From an uncultured bacterium (lineage in GTDB: Bacteria; Caldisericota; Caldisericia; B22-G15), in the NCBI GenBank assembly GCA_965612865.1, contig CBFDTJ010000023.1, positions 1 to 18,965 of the forward strand: a DNA stretch of 18,965 nt, written 5' to 3'. The translations under genes were made by a program, and so were the position numbers. Of the stretch, positions 1-7,406 are shown piece after piece. The notes below the pieces were generated by a model. The model had not been told where the DNA came from and did no database searches. It saw only the letters and a list, made by a program, of their open reading frames with translations. Numbering within the stretch: the stretch's first letter is position 1; each line of letters starts with the position of its first letter.

Positions 1-23
1 TCGGAGATGTGTATAAGAGACAG
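1..23 (+). other. Sequencing artifact: 3' part of Nextera Read-2 transposase adapter including the Tn5 mosaic end
   Basis: TCGG-AGATGTGTATAAGAGACAG matches the end of GTCTCGTGGGCTCGGAGATGTGTATAAGAGACAG; the 19-bp mosaic end is at 5-23. Confidence 0.98.
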
Positions 24-25
24 CT

Positions 26-1186
26 ATTATCAAGGAAGAATTTTATGTATTTCTATTTTTATTAATTTTTATTTCCTTCTCTGACCTTTTTCGTGTTGAG
101 TTTACTTTAATGAACTCAGATAAAGCGGCCATAACCTTATCTCTTCCAGCTACCTTTGCCTCCATTTTTATATTTAACCCATTGTTCGCAACCCTCGTTT
201 CCTCTCTCGGGAGTATCATAGGAGATGTTTTAAGCAGGAGAGAATGGTTTAAGACCATGTTTAACTTTTCCCAGTATGTCATCACTGTGGGGCTTGCCTC
301 CCTCTCTTTTAATTTTATATTCTCCCTTCAAGGGAGAGAGTACCCACTTTTAAGTGGATTCTCTGCTGTAACTGTCGCTGGTCTCGTCTATTTCCTTCTT
401 AACTCATTCCTTGTATCTGCAATAACAGCACTTGTTTCAAAAAATAGAATTTTAGATACCTTTCTCTTTATGTTTAGAAGAAACGAGATACTGTTTCAGT
501 TTATATCAATGTTTATTTTAGGAGGCCTGTTTGCCTATATACTAAAGACTGAGCCGCTCGCAATGATTCTTCTTATGCCTCTTCTCGTTGCCGTCTACTA
601 CTCCTTTAAAAGGCTTTCAGAGGTGGAAGAAGCTGCAGAGAAGTTTATGGAGGTTATTGCAGGGATAGTTGATGGTTTCGATAAATATACAAAGGAACAT
701 TCTGAAAATGTTGCTAAAATCTGCGAGAAGGTTGCCAATGAGATGAAACTTAACCTCGTAGAGAAGAGAAAGCTTATAATGGCAGCTAAAGTACACGATT
801 TTGGTAAAATTGCTGTCCCCCAGAGGATTCTAAACAAGAGGGGAAAACTTACAAAGGAGGAGTATGAAAAGATAAAGGAGCATCCCGTTATTGGTGCAGA
901 TCTCATAGGTAAATTTCCTTATCTTAAGGATATTTCCACCATAGTCAAGTATCACCACAAGAAGCTGGATGGATCAGGTTATCCAGAGAATGGAATATCA
1001 AAGATACCACTGGAGGCAAAAATTCTTACAGTGTGTGATATATTTGAGGCTCTTACATCTGAGAGACCATACCGAAATGCCTGGACAAAAGAGGAAGCAA
1101 TAAGGTATCTTGAGGAAAATGAGAGCAAGTTTGACAAAGAAGTGGTTAGGGCACTAAAGGAGCTTTTCAAGAGGGGAGAAGTTTAG
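26..1186 (+). CDS. Membrane-anchored HD-GYP domain protein (putative cyclic dinucleotide phosphodiesterase), 5'-truncated
   Basis: The frame is open from 26 (IIKEEFYVFLFLLIFISFSDLF...) into the ATG at 110, so the true start is probably off the contig. Several TM segments precede the motifs DKYTKEHS, VHDFGK, HPVIG, HHKKLDGSGYP and CDIFEALTSERPYR. Confidence 0.92.
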   Translation: MIKEEFYVFLFLLIFISFSDLFRVEFTLMNSDKAAITLSLPATFASIFIFNPLFATLVSSLGSIIGDVLSRREWFKTMFNFSQYVITVGLASLSFNFIFSLQGREYPLLSGFSAVTVAGLVYFLLNSFLVSAITALVSKNRILDTFLFMFRRNEILFQFISMFILGGLFAYILKTEPLAMILLMPLLVAVYYSFKRLSEVEEAAEKFMEVIAGIVDGFDKYTKEHSENVAKICEKVANEMKLNLVEKRKLIMAAKVHDFGKIAVPQRILNKRGKLTKEEYEKIKEHPVIGADLIGKFPYLKDISTIVKYHHKKLDGSGYPENGISKIPLEAKILTVCDIFEALTSERPYRNAWTKEEAIRYLEENESKFDKEVVRALKELFKRGEV

Positions 1187-1734
1187 TGCTGTTTATTCCT
1201 ATTATAATAGGAATTTCTTTAATTCTTGGATATTTAAGAGGGGGGTCCATTAAAAACTTTTCCAATGTAGAGTTTAAGAATCTAATTTTTATCTTCATAG
1301 GTTTTCTAATACAGGTGATTATTTTCTCTACCTTCTTCCAATCATCCAATTTTAAAAACTACACAGGAATTCTTTTTATAATTTCATATCTTGTTGTTCT
1401 CGTCACCATTTCCACAAATTTTCATCTTAAATCCATGAGAGTTATAGGTTTAGGATTTTTCCTGAATTTTCTCGTGATTCTCTTTAACTATGGTTATATG
1501 CCAGTTTCAATTAAGGCACTCCAAAGTGTTGGTGCACACACCAAAATTGAACTTCTAAAGACCTATACAAGGTTTAACAACTGCGTTTTAATGAGTAAAG
1601 ACACAAATCTAAATTTTTTAGGAGACATAATACCAATCCCTCTATTGAATCAGGTGATAAGCATAGGAGACATATTTATTCTTCTTGGTTTCTTCCTCTT
1701 TATTCAGGAGGGGATGTTTTATAGGAAATCCTGA
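1186..1734 (+). CDS. DUF5317-like integral membrane protein
   Basis: GTG start overlaps the upstream TAG (TAGTG), with SD-like GAGGGGAG at 1171-1178. Motifs GYLRGGSIKNF, LNFLVILFNYGYMPVS, FLGDII and ISIGDIFI are as I recall for DUF5317; about 5-6 TM segments. Confidence 0.8.
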   Translation: MLFIPIIIGISLILGYLRGGSIKNFSNVEFKNLIFIFIGFLIQVIIFSTFFQSSNFKNYTGILFIISYLVVLVTISTNFHLKSMRVIGLGFFLNFLVILFNYGYMPVSIKALQSVGAHTKIELLKTYTRFNNCVLMSKDTNLNFLGDIIPIPLLNQVISIGDIFILLGFFLFIQEGMFYRKS

Positions 1735-1816
1735 TAATTTAAAAAATTTTTAATCATTGTCAATAAAATGTATTATTACTACCAAGGGGTTCCAATATGT
1801 TTCTGAATTCATCCAC

Positions 1817-1842
1817 AAAAAGGCAGGGTTCTACCCTGCCTT
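1817..1842 (-). terminator. Intrinsic terminator for the ECF sigma/anti-sigma operon
   Basis: Inverted repeat AAGGCAGGGT-tct-ACCCTGCCTT (1820-1842); on the minus strand the stem ends in a T run; 30 nt downstream of the stop at 1873. Confidence 0.8.
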
Positions 1843-1872
1843 AAATGAGCAACAAGCTGGACACAGGTTTTA

Positions 1873-2667
1873 CTATGGTTTCTTTATAAACCCTGGCTTT
1901 ACTGAGCCACTGGGTCCCATTCCACCACTTACTATCTTGCCCTTCTTAAGGTCCACAAAAAAGGTTGCACTGTATCCCTTAGGAAGTAAATCTGACTGAA
2001 CCTCTATGCTTGCATACTTTTCCTTTCCATTGGGGAATGTGTATCCTTTTACACTTACGATTGTTGCATTAGAGAGGTCCACATACTTCTCTTTTTCTAT
2101 TGCTTCATCTTCATCTGTGATAATAAAACCACCATTTTTATTACCTTCATCTCCATTCTCTGGCGGAGCAGTCATTACAGGTATAGGAAAGTTTTTAACT
2201 TCAGGAGAATTCCTGAAGATTTCAATGGCTCTATTCCTTTCCTCCTCTGTAAGAGAGGCAGGTTCAGGCATTGAAATCTTCATAATCTTAGCCTCCTTCG
2301 TATCCACAGTAACTTCTTTTCCATTAACTGTAACTATTACTATATTACCTTCAACTATCATATCCTCGTCGTCCACCGTTACATGCATTTCTTTTGCTAT
2401 AACATCTTTTGCGATCTGCTTTGCGCTTGTAACTCTTCTTGCTGGTAGAACTGTAGATAGGATCAGAGCAACAACCACTATGCTTGTCACCACTGCTAAC
2501 GCAAGCACCCTCCTCTTCATAATTATCATCCTCCTTTCTTGGATAATTTTGGGAAAGGAGGTCCTCACTTTTTTAATCAATCTCTCTTTAGCTTGAAGAG
2601 AGTCCTTTTCATTTGGCTCCGGAGCTTTAATGCTTTTAAGTTGCCTTATTAATTCTTCTTTTCTCAT
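1873..2667 (-). CDS. Putative single-pass membrane anti-sigma factor with an extracytoplasmic region bearing PepSY-like segments
   Basis: ATG at 2667 lies 1 nt after the sigma stop, with SD AAGGAG 7 nt upstream. About 50-aa charged N-terminus, one TM (VLALAVVTSIVVVALILSTVL), and two segments ending VTVDTKEAKIMK and FFVDLKKGKIV. Confidence 0.7.
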   Translation of the reverse strand: MRKEELIRQLKSIKAPEPNEKDSLQAKERLIKKVRTSFPKIIQERRMIIMKRRVLALAVVTSIVVVALILSTVLPARRVTSAKQIAKDVIAKEMHVTVDDEDMIVEGNIVIVTVNGKEVTVDTKEAKIMKISMPEPASLTEEERNRAIEIFRNSPEVKNFPIPVMTAPPENGDEGNKNGGFIITDEDEAIEKEKYVDLSNATIVSVKGYTFPNGKEKYASIEVQSDLLPKGYSATFFVDLKKGKIVSGGMGPSGSVKPGFIKKP

Positions 2668-2668
2668 C

Positions 2669-3292
2669 TTATCTCTCCTTTCCTTGTTTTTCGGGAGAAA
2701 AGGTTGGCCATTCCTTTTCCTCCCCATTATATAGGCGTAAGAAATCTGAATCTGTTACACTCCTTTCTATCTCTCTTTTTAAAGCCTTCAATGCTCTGTG
2801 CAGAGTAACCCTTACACCAATTGGGGTTTTACCCATAATGGCACAAATTTCCTTCGTCTTCTTATTTTCAAAAAATTTTAAGATGATAATTGTTTGATAG
2901 GAAAGAGGAAGATGCTGAAGGTGTTTATGAATAATCTTATATTTTGCATCAACATCAAGCTCTTCCTCCGGATCATTAATTGATGAATTTTCTTTTAAGT
3001 TCAAGCCTTTTCTTTCTTTTCTGACTTTTCTGAAGTGTTCATTGATGAAACTTGTTGCAATTTTCAGAGCCCAGATAATAAAAGGAGACTTTCTTCTAAA
3101 TGATGCAAGATGCTCTAATGCATACAGGAATGTCTCCTGTGTAAGATCTTCAGTGAGACTTTTGTTTAGAGTTCTTCTGTAGATATACCTGTATACTTCC
3201 CTATAATGAAGGGATATCAATTTTTCTGCTGCTTCTCTATTGTTTAATGCTTCTTCTATCAATTTATTCTCGTCCATCTTCATATCTTTCAT
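2669..3292 (-). CDS. ECF-family RNA polymerase sigma-70 factor
   Basis: Region 2 (VYRYIYRR...TEDLTQETFLYA...SFRRKSPFIIWALKIA) and region 4 (LPLSYQTIIILKFFENKKTKEICAIMGKTPIGVRVTLHRALKALK). Start placed at ATG 3292 from promoter position; alternatives are 3283 and 3277. Confidence 0.92.
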   Translation of the reverse strand: MKDMKMDENKLIEEALNNREAAEKLISLHYREVYRYIYRRTLNKSLTEDLTQETFLYALEHLASFRRKSPFIIWALKIATSFINEHFRKVRKERKGLNLKENSSINDPEEELDVDAKYKIIHKHLQHLPLSYQTIIILKFFENKKTKEICAIMGKTPIGVRVTLHRALKALKREIERSVTDSDFLRLYNGEEKEWPTFSPEKQGKER

Positions 3293-3299
3293 ATTATAA

Positions 3300-3325
3300 G
3301 GCGCAAAATATATTAAAGTGTTACA
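3300..3325 (-). promoter_or_regulatory. Putative autoregulatory ECF promoter TGTAAC-N16-CGCC
   Basis: Minus strand reads TGTAAC actttaatatattttg CGCC ttataat ATG, resembling B. subtilis SigX/SigW-type TG(T/A)AAC-N16/17-CG.. promoters. Confidence 0.65.
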
Positions 3326-3396
3326 GTAATTTTGATACAATTAAGGAGGTCATACACTAAATAAAGATGAATATAAGGAGTGAGGGTGATACAAAA

Positions 3397-4185
3397 ATGT
3401 TACTAAGTAGAGTATTTGCTTTGGTTGAATGCTCTCTATTTTTAGCCACATTTTTTGTTTCAGCATGGTATTTTGAAATGATTCAGGGGACAGAAACATA
3501 TGGTTTTTATTCAAAGTTAATTATGATTCTCCTGGGATTTATCGGCATATTAGTTCATGGGAAACCAAGAGAGTATGGGTTGGTGCCTAAAAATCTGAAG
3601 TTTAGCCTAAAATGGAGCCTTTATATATTCCTTCTCTTCATCGGGTTAGGTTCTATAGCAATTTTATTAACCATCCTGTTTATAAGAGATAACTTAAGGT
3701 TTGATTTTGGGATGTTGATTGTTGATTTTATATGGTATTTTATCTTTGTTGGATTTGCTGAGGAGTTTTTCTTTAGGGGGTTTATTCAAAGCAGATTAAA
3801 TGAGGTTTTCACAGGGAAATATAAGAAAATTATTGGCATAGAATTTGAGTGGAGCAGAGGAACGCTGATTACAGCAATATTCTTCTTTGGATTGCCGCAT
3901 CTACTTGTATTGATTAATCCATTTACAGTTAGAGTCCAGTTCTCTGTATTTATTCTTATAATGTCATTTGTGTTTGCACCATTTTTGGGAGTAATATTTG
4001 GAGTTTTAAGAGAGAAAACTGGCAGTATAATAGTTCCAGCAGTTCTTCATGCAATGATTGGTTTTGTTGGGTTTGGTATGGGAAGAATAACCGGAATGAT
4101 GATTTCAAATATAGTAGTGGCAATTGCTCTCTTCATATTCTTCGCATTTTTCTTTGAGAAGATACTCAAGAGTGAATCAAAATAA
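3397..4185 (+). CDS. CPBP (Abi/CAAX protease-like) intramembrane glutamic endopeptidase
   Basis: Motifs GFAEEFFFRGFIQ, FFGLPH and EKTGSIIVPAVLHA; multi-TM. Start at ATG 3397 preferred (GAGGGTG 8 nt upstream); the ORF extends to 3367. Confidence 0.9.
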   Translation: MLLSRVFALVECSLFLATFFVSAWYFEMIQGTETYGFYSKLIMILLGFIGILVHGKPREYGLVPKNLKFSLKWSLYIFLLFIGLGSIAILLTILFIRDNLRFDFGMLIVDFIWYFIFVGFAEEFFFRGFIQSRLNEVFTGKYKKIIGIEFEWSRGTLITAIFFFGLPHLLVLINPFTVRVQFSVFILIMSFVFAPFLGVIFGVLREKTGSIIVPAVLHAMIGFVGFGMGRITGMMISNIVVAIALFIFFAFFFEKILKSESK

Positions 4186-4202
4186 TTAAGGGTAGAGAAG
4201 AG

Positions 4203-4230
4203 TTGACATAATTTTAAATTTATATATAAT
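4203..4230 (+). promoter_or_regulatory. Sigma70-type promoter of arsR-nifX-like genes
   Basis: TTGACA(4203-4208)-N16-TATAAT(4225-4230), both hexamers perfect. Confidence 0.85.
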
Positions 4231-4232
4231 TA

Positions 4233-4258
4233 TATCAACATATAATTATATATTGATA
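4233..4258. promoter_or_regulatory. Putative ArsR/SmtB operator
   Basis: 26-bp inverted repeat TATCAACATATAATTATATATTGATA with one mismatched pair, between the -10 and the SD; similar in layout to 12-2-12 ArsR/SmtB operators. Confidence 0.7.
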
Positions 4259-4267
4259 GGAGAATAA

Positions 4268-4540
4268 ATGAGAGAAGAGATAAGAATATTTAAAGCATTG
4301 TGTAATGAGGTTAGATTAGAGATAGTTAAGGCACTGCTGGATGGAGAAAAGTATGTGTCCGAGATAATTCCCTATGCAGGAAGAATGCAACCAGCTGTAT
4401 CCATGCAACTTGCAAAGCTTGAATACTTGGGCATTGTTGAATCAAGAAGAGAGGGAGGAAGAGTGTATTATAGAATTGCCAATGAGAAAATTAAAAGAAT
4501 TCTAAGGAGAATACTGAAGGTGATTAATGATGAAAAGTGA
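4268..4540 (+). CDS. ArsR/SmtB family transcriptional regulator
   Basis: FKALCNEVRLEIV...VSEI...QPAVSMQLAKL...GIVESRREGGRVYYRI winged helix; SD AGGAG upstream. Confidence 0.92.
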   Translation: MREEIRIFKALCNEVRLEIVKALLDGEKYVSEIIPYAGRMQPAVSMQLAKLEYLGIVESRREGGRVYYRIANEKIKRILRRILKVINDEK

Positions 4541-4569
4541 TGCAATCTTTAAAAAATGGAGGTGAAAAA

Positions 4570-5055
4570 ATGAGAATTTGCTTTACTTCAGATCAAAGGA
4601 ATGGATTGGAGAGTGTTATGAGTTATCACTTTGGGCGTTGTCCCTATTTTGTCATTGTGGATGTTGATGAAAATGGGAATGTCTCAAATGTGGAGTCCAT
4701 TCCAAACCCATTCGCCAGCTCCCATAATCCAGGAGAGGTTCCATCCTTTATGAAATCAAAAGGCGTAGATGTGGTAATAACAGGCGGCATGGGACCAAAA
4801 GCTCAGCAGTATTTTGCCGATATGGGAATAAAGGCTGTTATTGGTGTGTATGGTAGAGTGAAAGATGCCCTGGAGGAGTATCTTCAGAAGAAGGTGCGTT
4901 TCGTTTCCACTCCTAAAAGTAATGAAGTGTCTTCTGAAGAAGAATCTGAGAAGGATAAAGAAGTGGAAAGACTTAAAAAGGAGATTGCTTTTCTAAGAGG
5001 AGAGATTGCAGATTTAAAGTCCATGATTAAAGAACTCTTGGAAAAACCAAAGTAA
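4570..5055 (+). CDS. NifB/NifX (MTH1175-like) family protein with a C-terminal coiled-coil tail
   Basis: HFGRCPYFVIVD...NP...GVDVVITGGMGPKA motifs; SD GGAGGTG before ATG 4570; tail EVERLKKEIAFLRGEIADLKSMIKEL has a heptad pattern. Confidence 0.88.
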   Translation: MRICFTSDQRNGLESVMSYHFGRCPYFVIVDVDENGNVSNVESIPNPFASSHNPGEVPSFMKSKGVDVVITGGMGPKAQQYFADMGIKAVIGVYGRVKDALEEYLQKKVRFVSTPKSNEVSSEEESEKDKEVERLKKEIAFLRGEIADLKSMIKELLEKPK

Positions 5056-5079
5056 TTGAGAGCTGAAGTCAAGGAGGGT

Positions 5080-5340
5080 TTAAAGCCTATCAAGTTTAAA
5101 ATCTGGGGTGCAGGCGTTGGAGAGAGTGACGACCATAACAACACTTCTGTCCTTTGTTACTTCTTTCCACACATCTTTAAGGAAGTCAAAAATTCTGTCT
5201 TCTTCTCCCCAGATAATTGTTGCAAAGGAGTTTACTTCAAATTTTAATTCACTCTCTTTAAGTTTCTCCCAGAATTTGTTTAGTGCGGGAGAAAGAGATT
5301 TCTCCCGCAGTGGATAGATACTTACCTGAATCCCAATCAT
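5080..5340 (-). CDS. YkoF/MTH1187-like (thiamine-binding fold) small protein
   Basis: QVSIYPL start, FEVNSFATIIWGEEDRIFDFLK, 86 aa; starts 1 nt after the DUF996 stop. Confidence 0.75.
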   Translation of the reverse strand: MIGIQVSIYPLREKSLSPALNKFWEKLKESELKFEVNSFATIIWGEEDRIFDFLKDVWKEVTKDRSVVMVVTLSNACTPDFKLDRL

Positions 5341-5341
5341 T

Positions 5342-5851
5342 TTAAATTGTGTCCGGTAGAGAGAAAAATGCTATTATCTGAAAGATGGAGCCAACGAGTG
5401 AAACTATACCACCAACGGCTATGATGAGTAAAATTGCGCCCCAGAAGAATAGATTTCCAGCTGTGGCAAAGTTTTTCTCTCCTGTTACTTCAGATAGACC
5501 AACAAGTCCTTTCTTCATGAAGTAGGTTCCTACAATCATTACTATCCATGCAATAACAAAAGCCACTATAACACCAATTGCTACACCACCATGTCTTCTC
5601 ATAATTGCCATTAAGACAAAGGCACCACCAACAAAAGCGATGATTATGGATCCCACAATGTTAATGATTGCTCCCTTGAGATAATCATTAAATACATCAT
5701 CACGATTTGTTGCATCAGTAATCTTCTTAATGGCAATTATTACAAGGATAAATCCCACAAGGGATATTATCCAGCCAGCCTTTGGAATAAATGAAAGCAA
5801 TGCAAGTATACTTCCAATTCCTCCCATTAACTTGGCATCTTTAATGTCCAT
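5342..5851 (-). CDS. DUF996-like membrane protein
   Basis: AKLMGGIGSIL N-terminus, FATAGNLFFWGAILLII..G, and QIIAFFSLPD C-terminus; SD AGGAGG upstream. Confidence 0.82.
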   Translation of the reverse strand: MDIKDAKLMGGIGSILALLSFIPKAGWIISLVGFILVIIAIKKITDATNRDDVFNDYLKGAIINIVGSIIIAFVGGAFVLMAIMRRHGGVAIGVIVAFVIAWIVMIVGTYFMKKGLVGLSEVTGEKNFATAGNLFFWGAILLIIAVGGIVSLVGSIFQIIAFFSLPDTI

Positions 5852-6530
5852 GAGCCACCTCCTTTCTTGCCAGTATTATTGATAAAGCACCAGAGTTCGG
5901 AAAAAATTTTTTAAATCTCCTCTCCCAAAAATTTATATTATTTGTGTTCCATGGTGGAAGAAACATGCATGTTTTCTTTACAACAATCTTCCAGCCATCA
6001 CCAAATAGTGTTTCAAGAAGATTCGGGGAGTAAAACCTTGCCTTCTTAAATACATCCTCACTCTTAAAAAGCCCCTTAATCCTTCTTATAAAAGCCCACA
6101 GGGAGAGAGAATTCAGTGTAACAAGTAGAAACTCACCTCCTCCTTTAAGCACTCTAAGTGACTCTTCAACAAGGTTTTCTGGTTCCTTCATGAATTCAAT
6201 GGCTGTCATAGAGAATATAAAGTCAAATTCCTCATCTTCAAATGGCAATGGATAATTAAAATCGTGTTTTATAGTTTTAAATCCCCTTTTTCTTGCAACC
6301 TCCATCATCTTCTCTGAGATATCTATGCCAACTACTTCAAAGCCTCTTTCCTTCAATAGTAGTGTAAACAACCCTGTTCCAATTCCAAGATCCAGCGCTC
6401 TTTTGCCTCTTCCATTCGGTATGAGTTCTTCAACACACTTCTTTTCAATTACATATACCTTCTTTCCAAGAGGTGTTTTAAACCACGAGTCATATGAATC
6501 AGCGTATTTATCAAATATTGGTTCTTCCAT
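5841..6530 (-). CDS. Class I SAM-dependent methyltransferase
   Basis: FDKYADSYDSWF, motif I ALDLGIGTG, GIDISEKM, LPFEDEEFD, RVLKGGG. Confidence 0.92.
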   Translation of the reverse strand: MEEPIFDKYADSYDSWFKTPLGKKVYVIEKKCVEELIPNGRGKRALDLGIGTGLFTLLLKERGFEVVGIDISEKMMEVARKRGFKTIKHDFNYPLPFEDEEFDFIFSMTAIEFMKEPENLVEESLRVLKGGGEFLLVTLNSLSLWAFIRRIKGLFKSEDVFKKARFYSPNLLETLFGDGWKIVVKKTCMFLPPWNTNNINFWERRFKKFFPNSGALSIILARKEVAHGH

Positions 6531-7360
6531 TAGATAAGAGGTATAAAGTTCTCTCCTGAAAATCTTGCACCCTTAAGTGCCTCTCCGCACTCACACTTTT
6601 CTCTCTTTTTGGGAATTTCCTTTATCATTTCAAAGAGAAGAGTCTTTAGTTTATCAAGGTTCTCGTTAAATATCTTTATGACCATCTCGTGAGACACAGG
6701 CTCAACCTTTCCTTCTGCCACAAGTCCTACATCATAATCTGTAACAAGGGATATGTTTACATAGCACATCTCAAGCTCCCTTGCAAGCACTGCTTCTGGA
6801 TACTGAGTCATGTTTATAACATCCCAACCCATGGAGGTGAACCACTTACTTTCAGCCTCAGTGGAGAATCTTGGACCCTCAATTACAACAACAGTTCCTT
6901 TTTCATGATGCGAGTACCCAAGCTTTTTCAAATTTCTTATAGCTATCTCTCTAAGTTCAGGGCAGTAGGGCTTTGCAAAGGAGATGTGAGTTGTTATTGG
7001 TCCATCATAGAAGGTTCCTATTCTACCACTGGTTCTATCTACAAGCTGATCACATACAACAAAATCACCAATTTTAACATCTGGATTGAGACTCCCAACG
7101 GCATTTGGGGCTATAATTCTTTCAACACCCAATCTTTTCATTGCCCATAGATTTGCTCTGTAAGGGATTTTGTGGGGCGGGTACTGATGATCTCTTCCGT
7201 GTCTCGGAAGGAAGGCAACTCTTTTTCCTTCAATTTCTGCAATGGTTATCTTGTCTGAAGGAAAGCCGTAGGGAGTTTCAATGGTAACCTCTTCCACATT
7301 TTCAGCAAATTTATAAAATCCTGTACCACCAAAAACACCAATTAAAACTTTCTTTTCCAT
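6530..7360 (-). CDS. mtnP: S-methyl-5'-thioadenosine phosphorylase
   Basis: GVFGGTG, TPYG.PS, FLPRHG, PHKIPYRANLWA, IEGPRFST.AES, INMT..PE..LARE, VTDYD (Asp-type motif as in MTAP). Confidence 0.92.
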   Translation of the reverse strand: MEKKVLIGVFGGTGFYKFAENVEEVTIETPYGFPSDKITIAEIEGKRVAFLPRHGRDHQYPPHKIPYRANLWAMKRLGVERIIAPNAVGSLNPDVKIGDFVVCDQLVDRTSGRIGTFYDGPITTHISFAKPYCPELREIAIRNLKKLGYSHHEKGTVVVIEGPRFSTEAESKWFTSMGWDVINMTQYPEAVLARELEMCYVNISLVTDYDVGLVAEGKVEPVSHEMVIKIFNENLDKLKTLLFEMIKEIPKKREKCECGEALKGARFSGENFIPLI

Positions 7361-7406
7361 ATACCCACTCCTTTCCTTAAGTCTAATTAAAGTTTACCAT
7401 AATCTT

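Noticed and set aside
1768..1844. Tiny ORFs after DUF5317 (MYYYYQGVPICF at 1768-1806; MFLNSSTKRQGSTLP at 1797-1844) as peptide precursors
   Set aside because: The first has no SD. The second has only AAGGGG and runs through the terminator hairpin. Neither has a hydrophobic leader
1757..2596. Plus-strand ORFs 1757-1999 and 2006-2596
   Set aside because: Antisense shadows of the anti-sigma gene, with no SD or recognisable motif
3343..3369. Strong SD AAGGAGGT as the start signal for ATG 3367
   Set aside because: The 16-nt spacing is too long; ATG 3397 has a better-spaced SD-like sequence
4570..5055. Nitrogen fixation inferred from the NifB/NifX domain
   Set aside because: The family is widespread in non-diazotrophs and no nif structural genes are present
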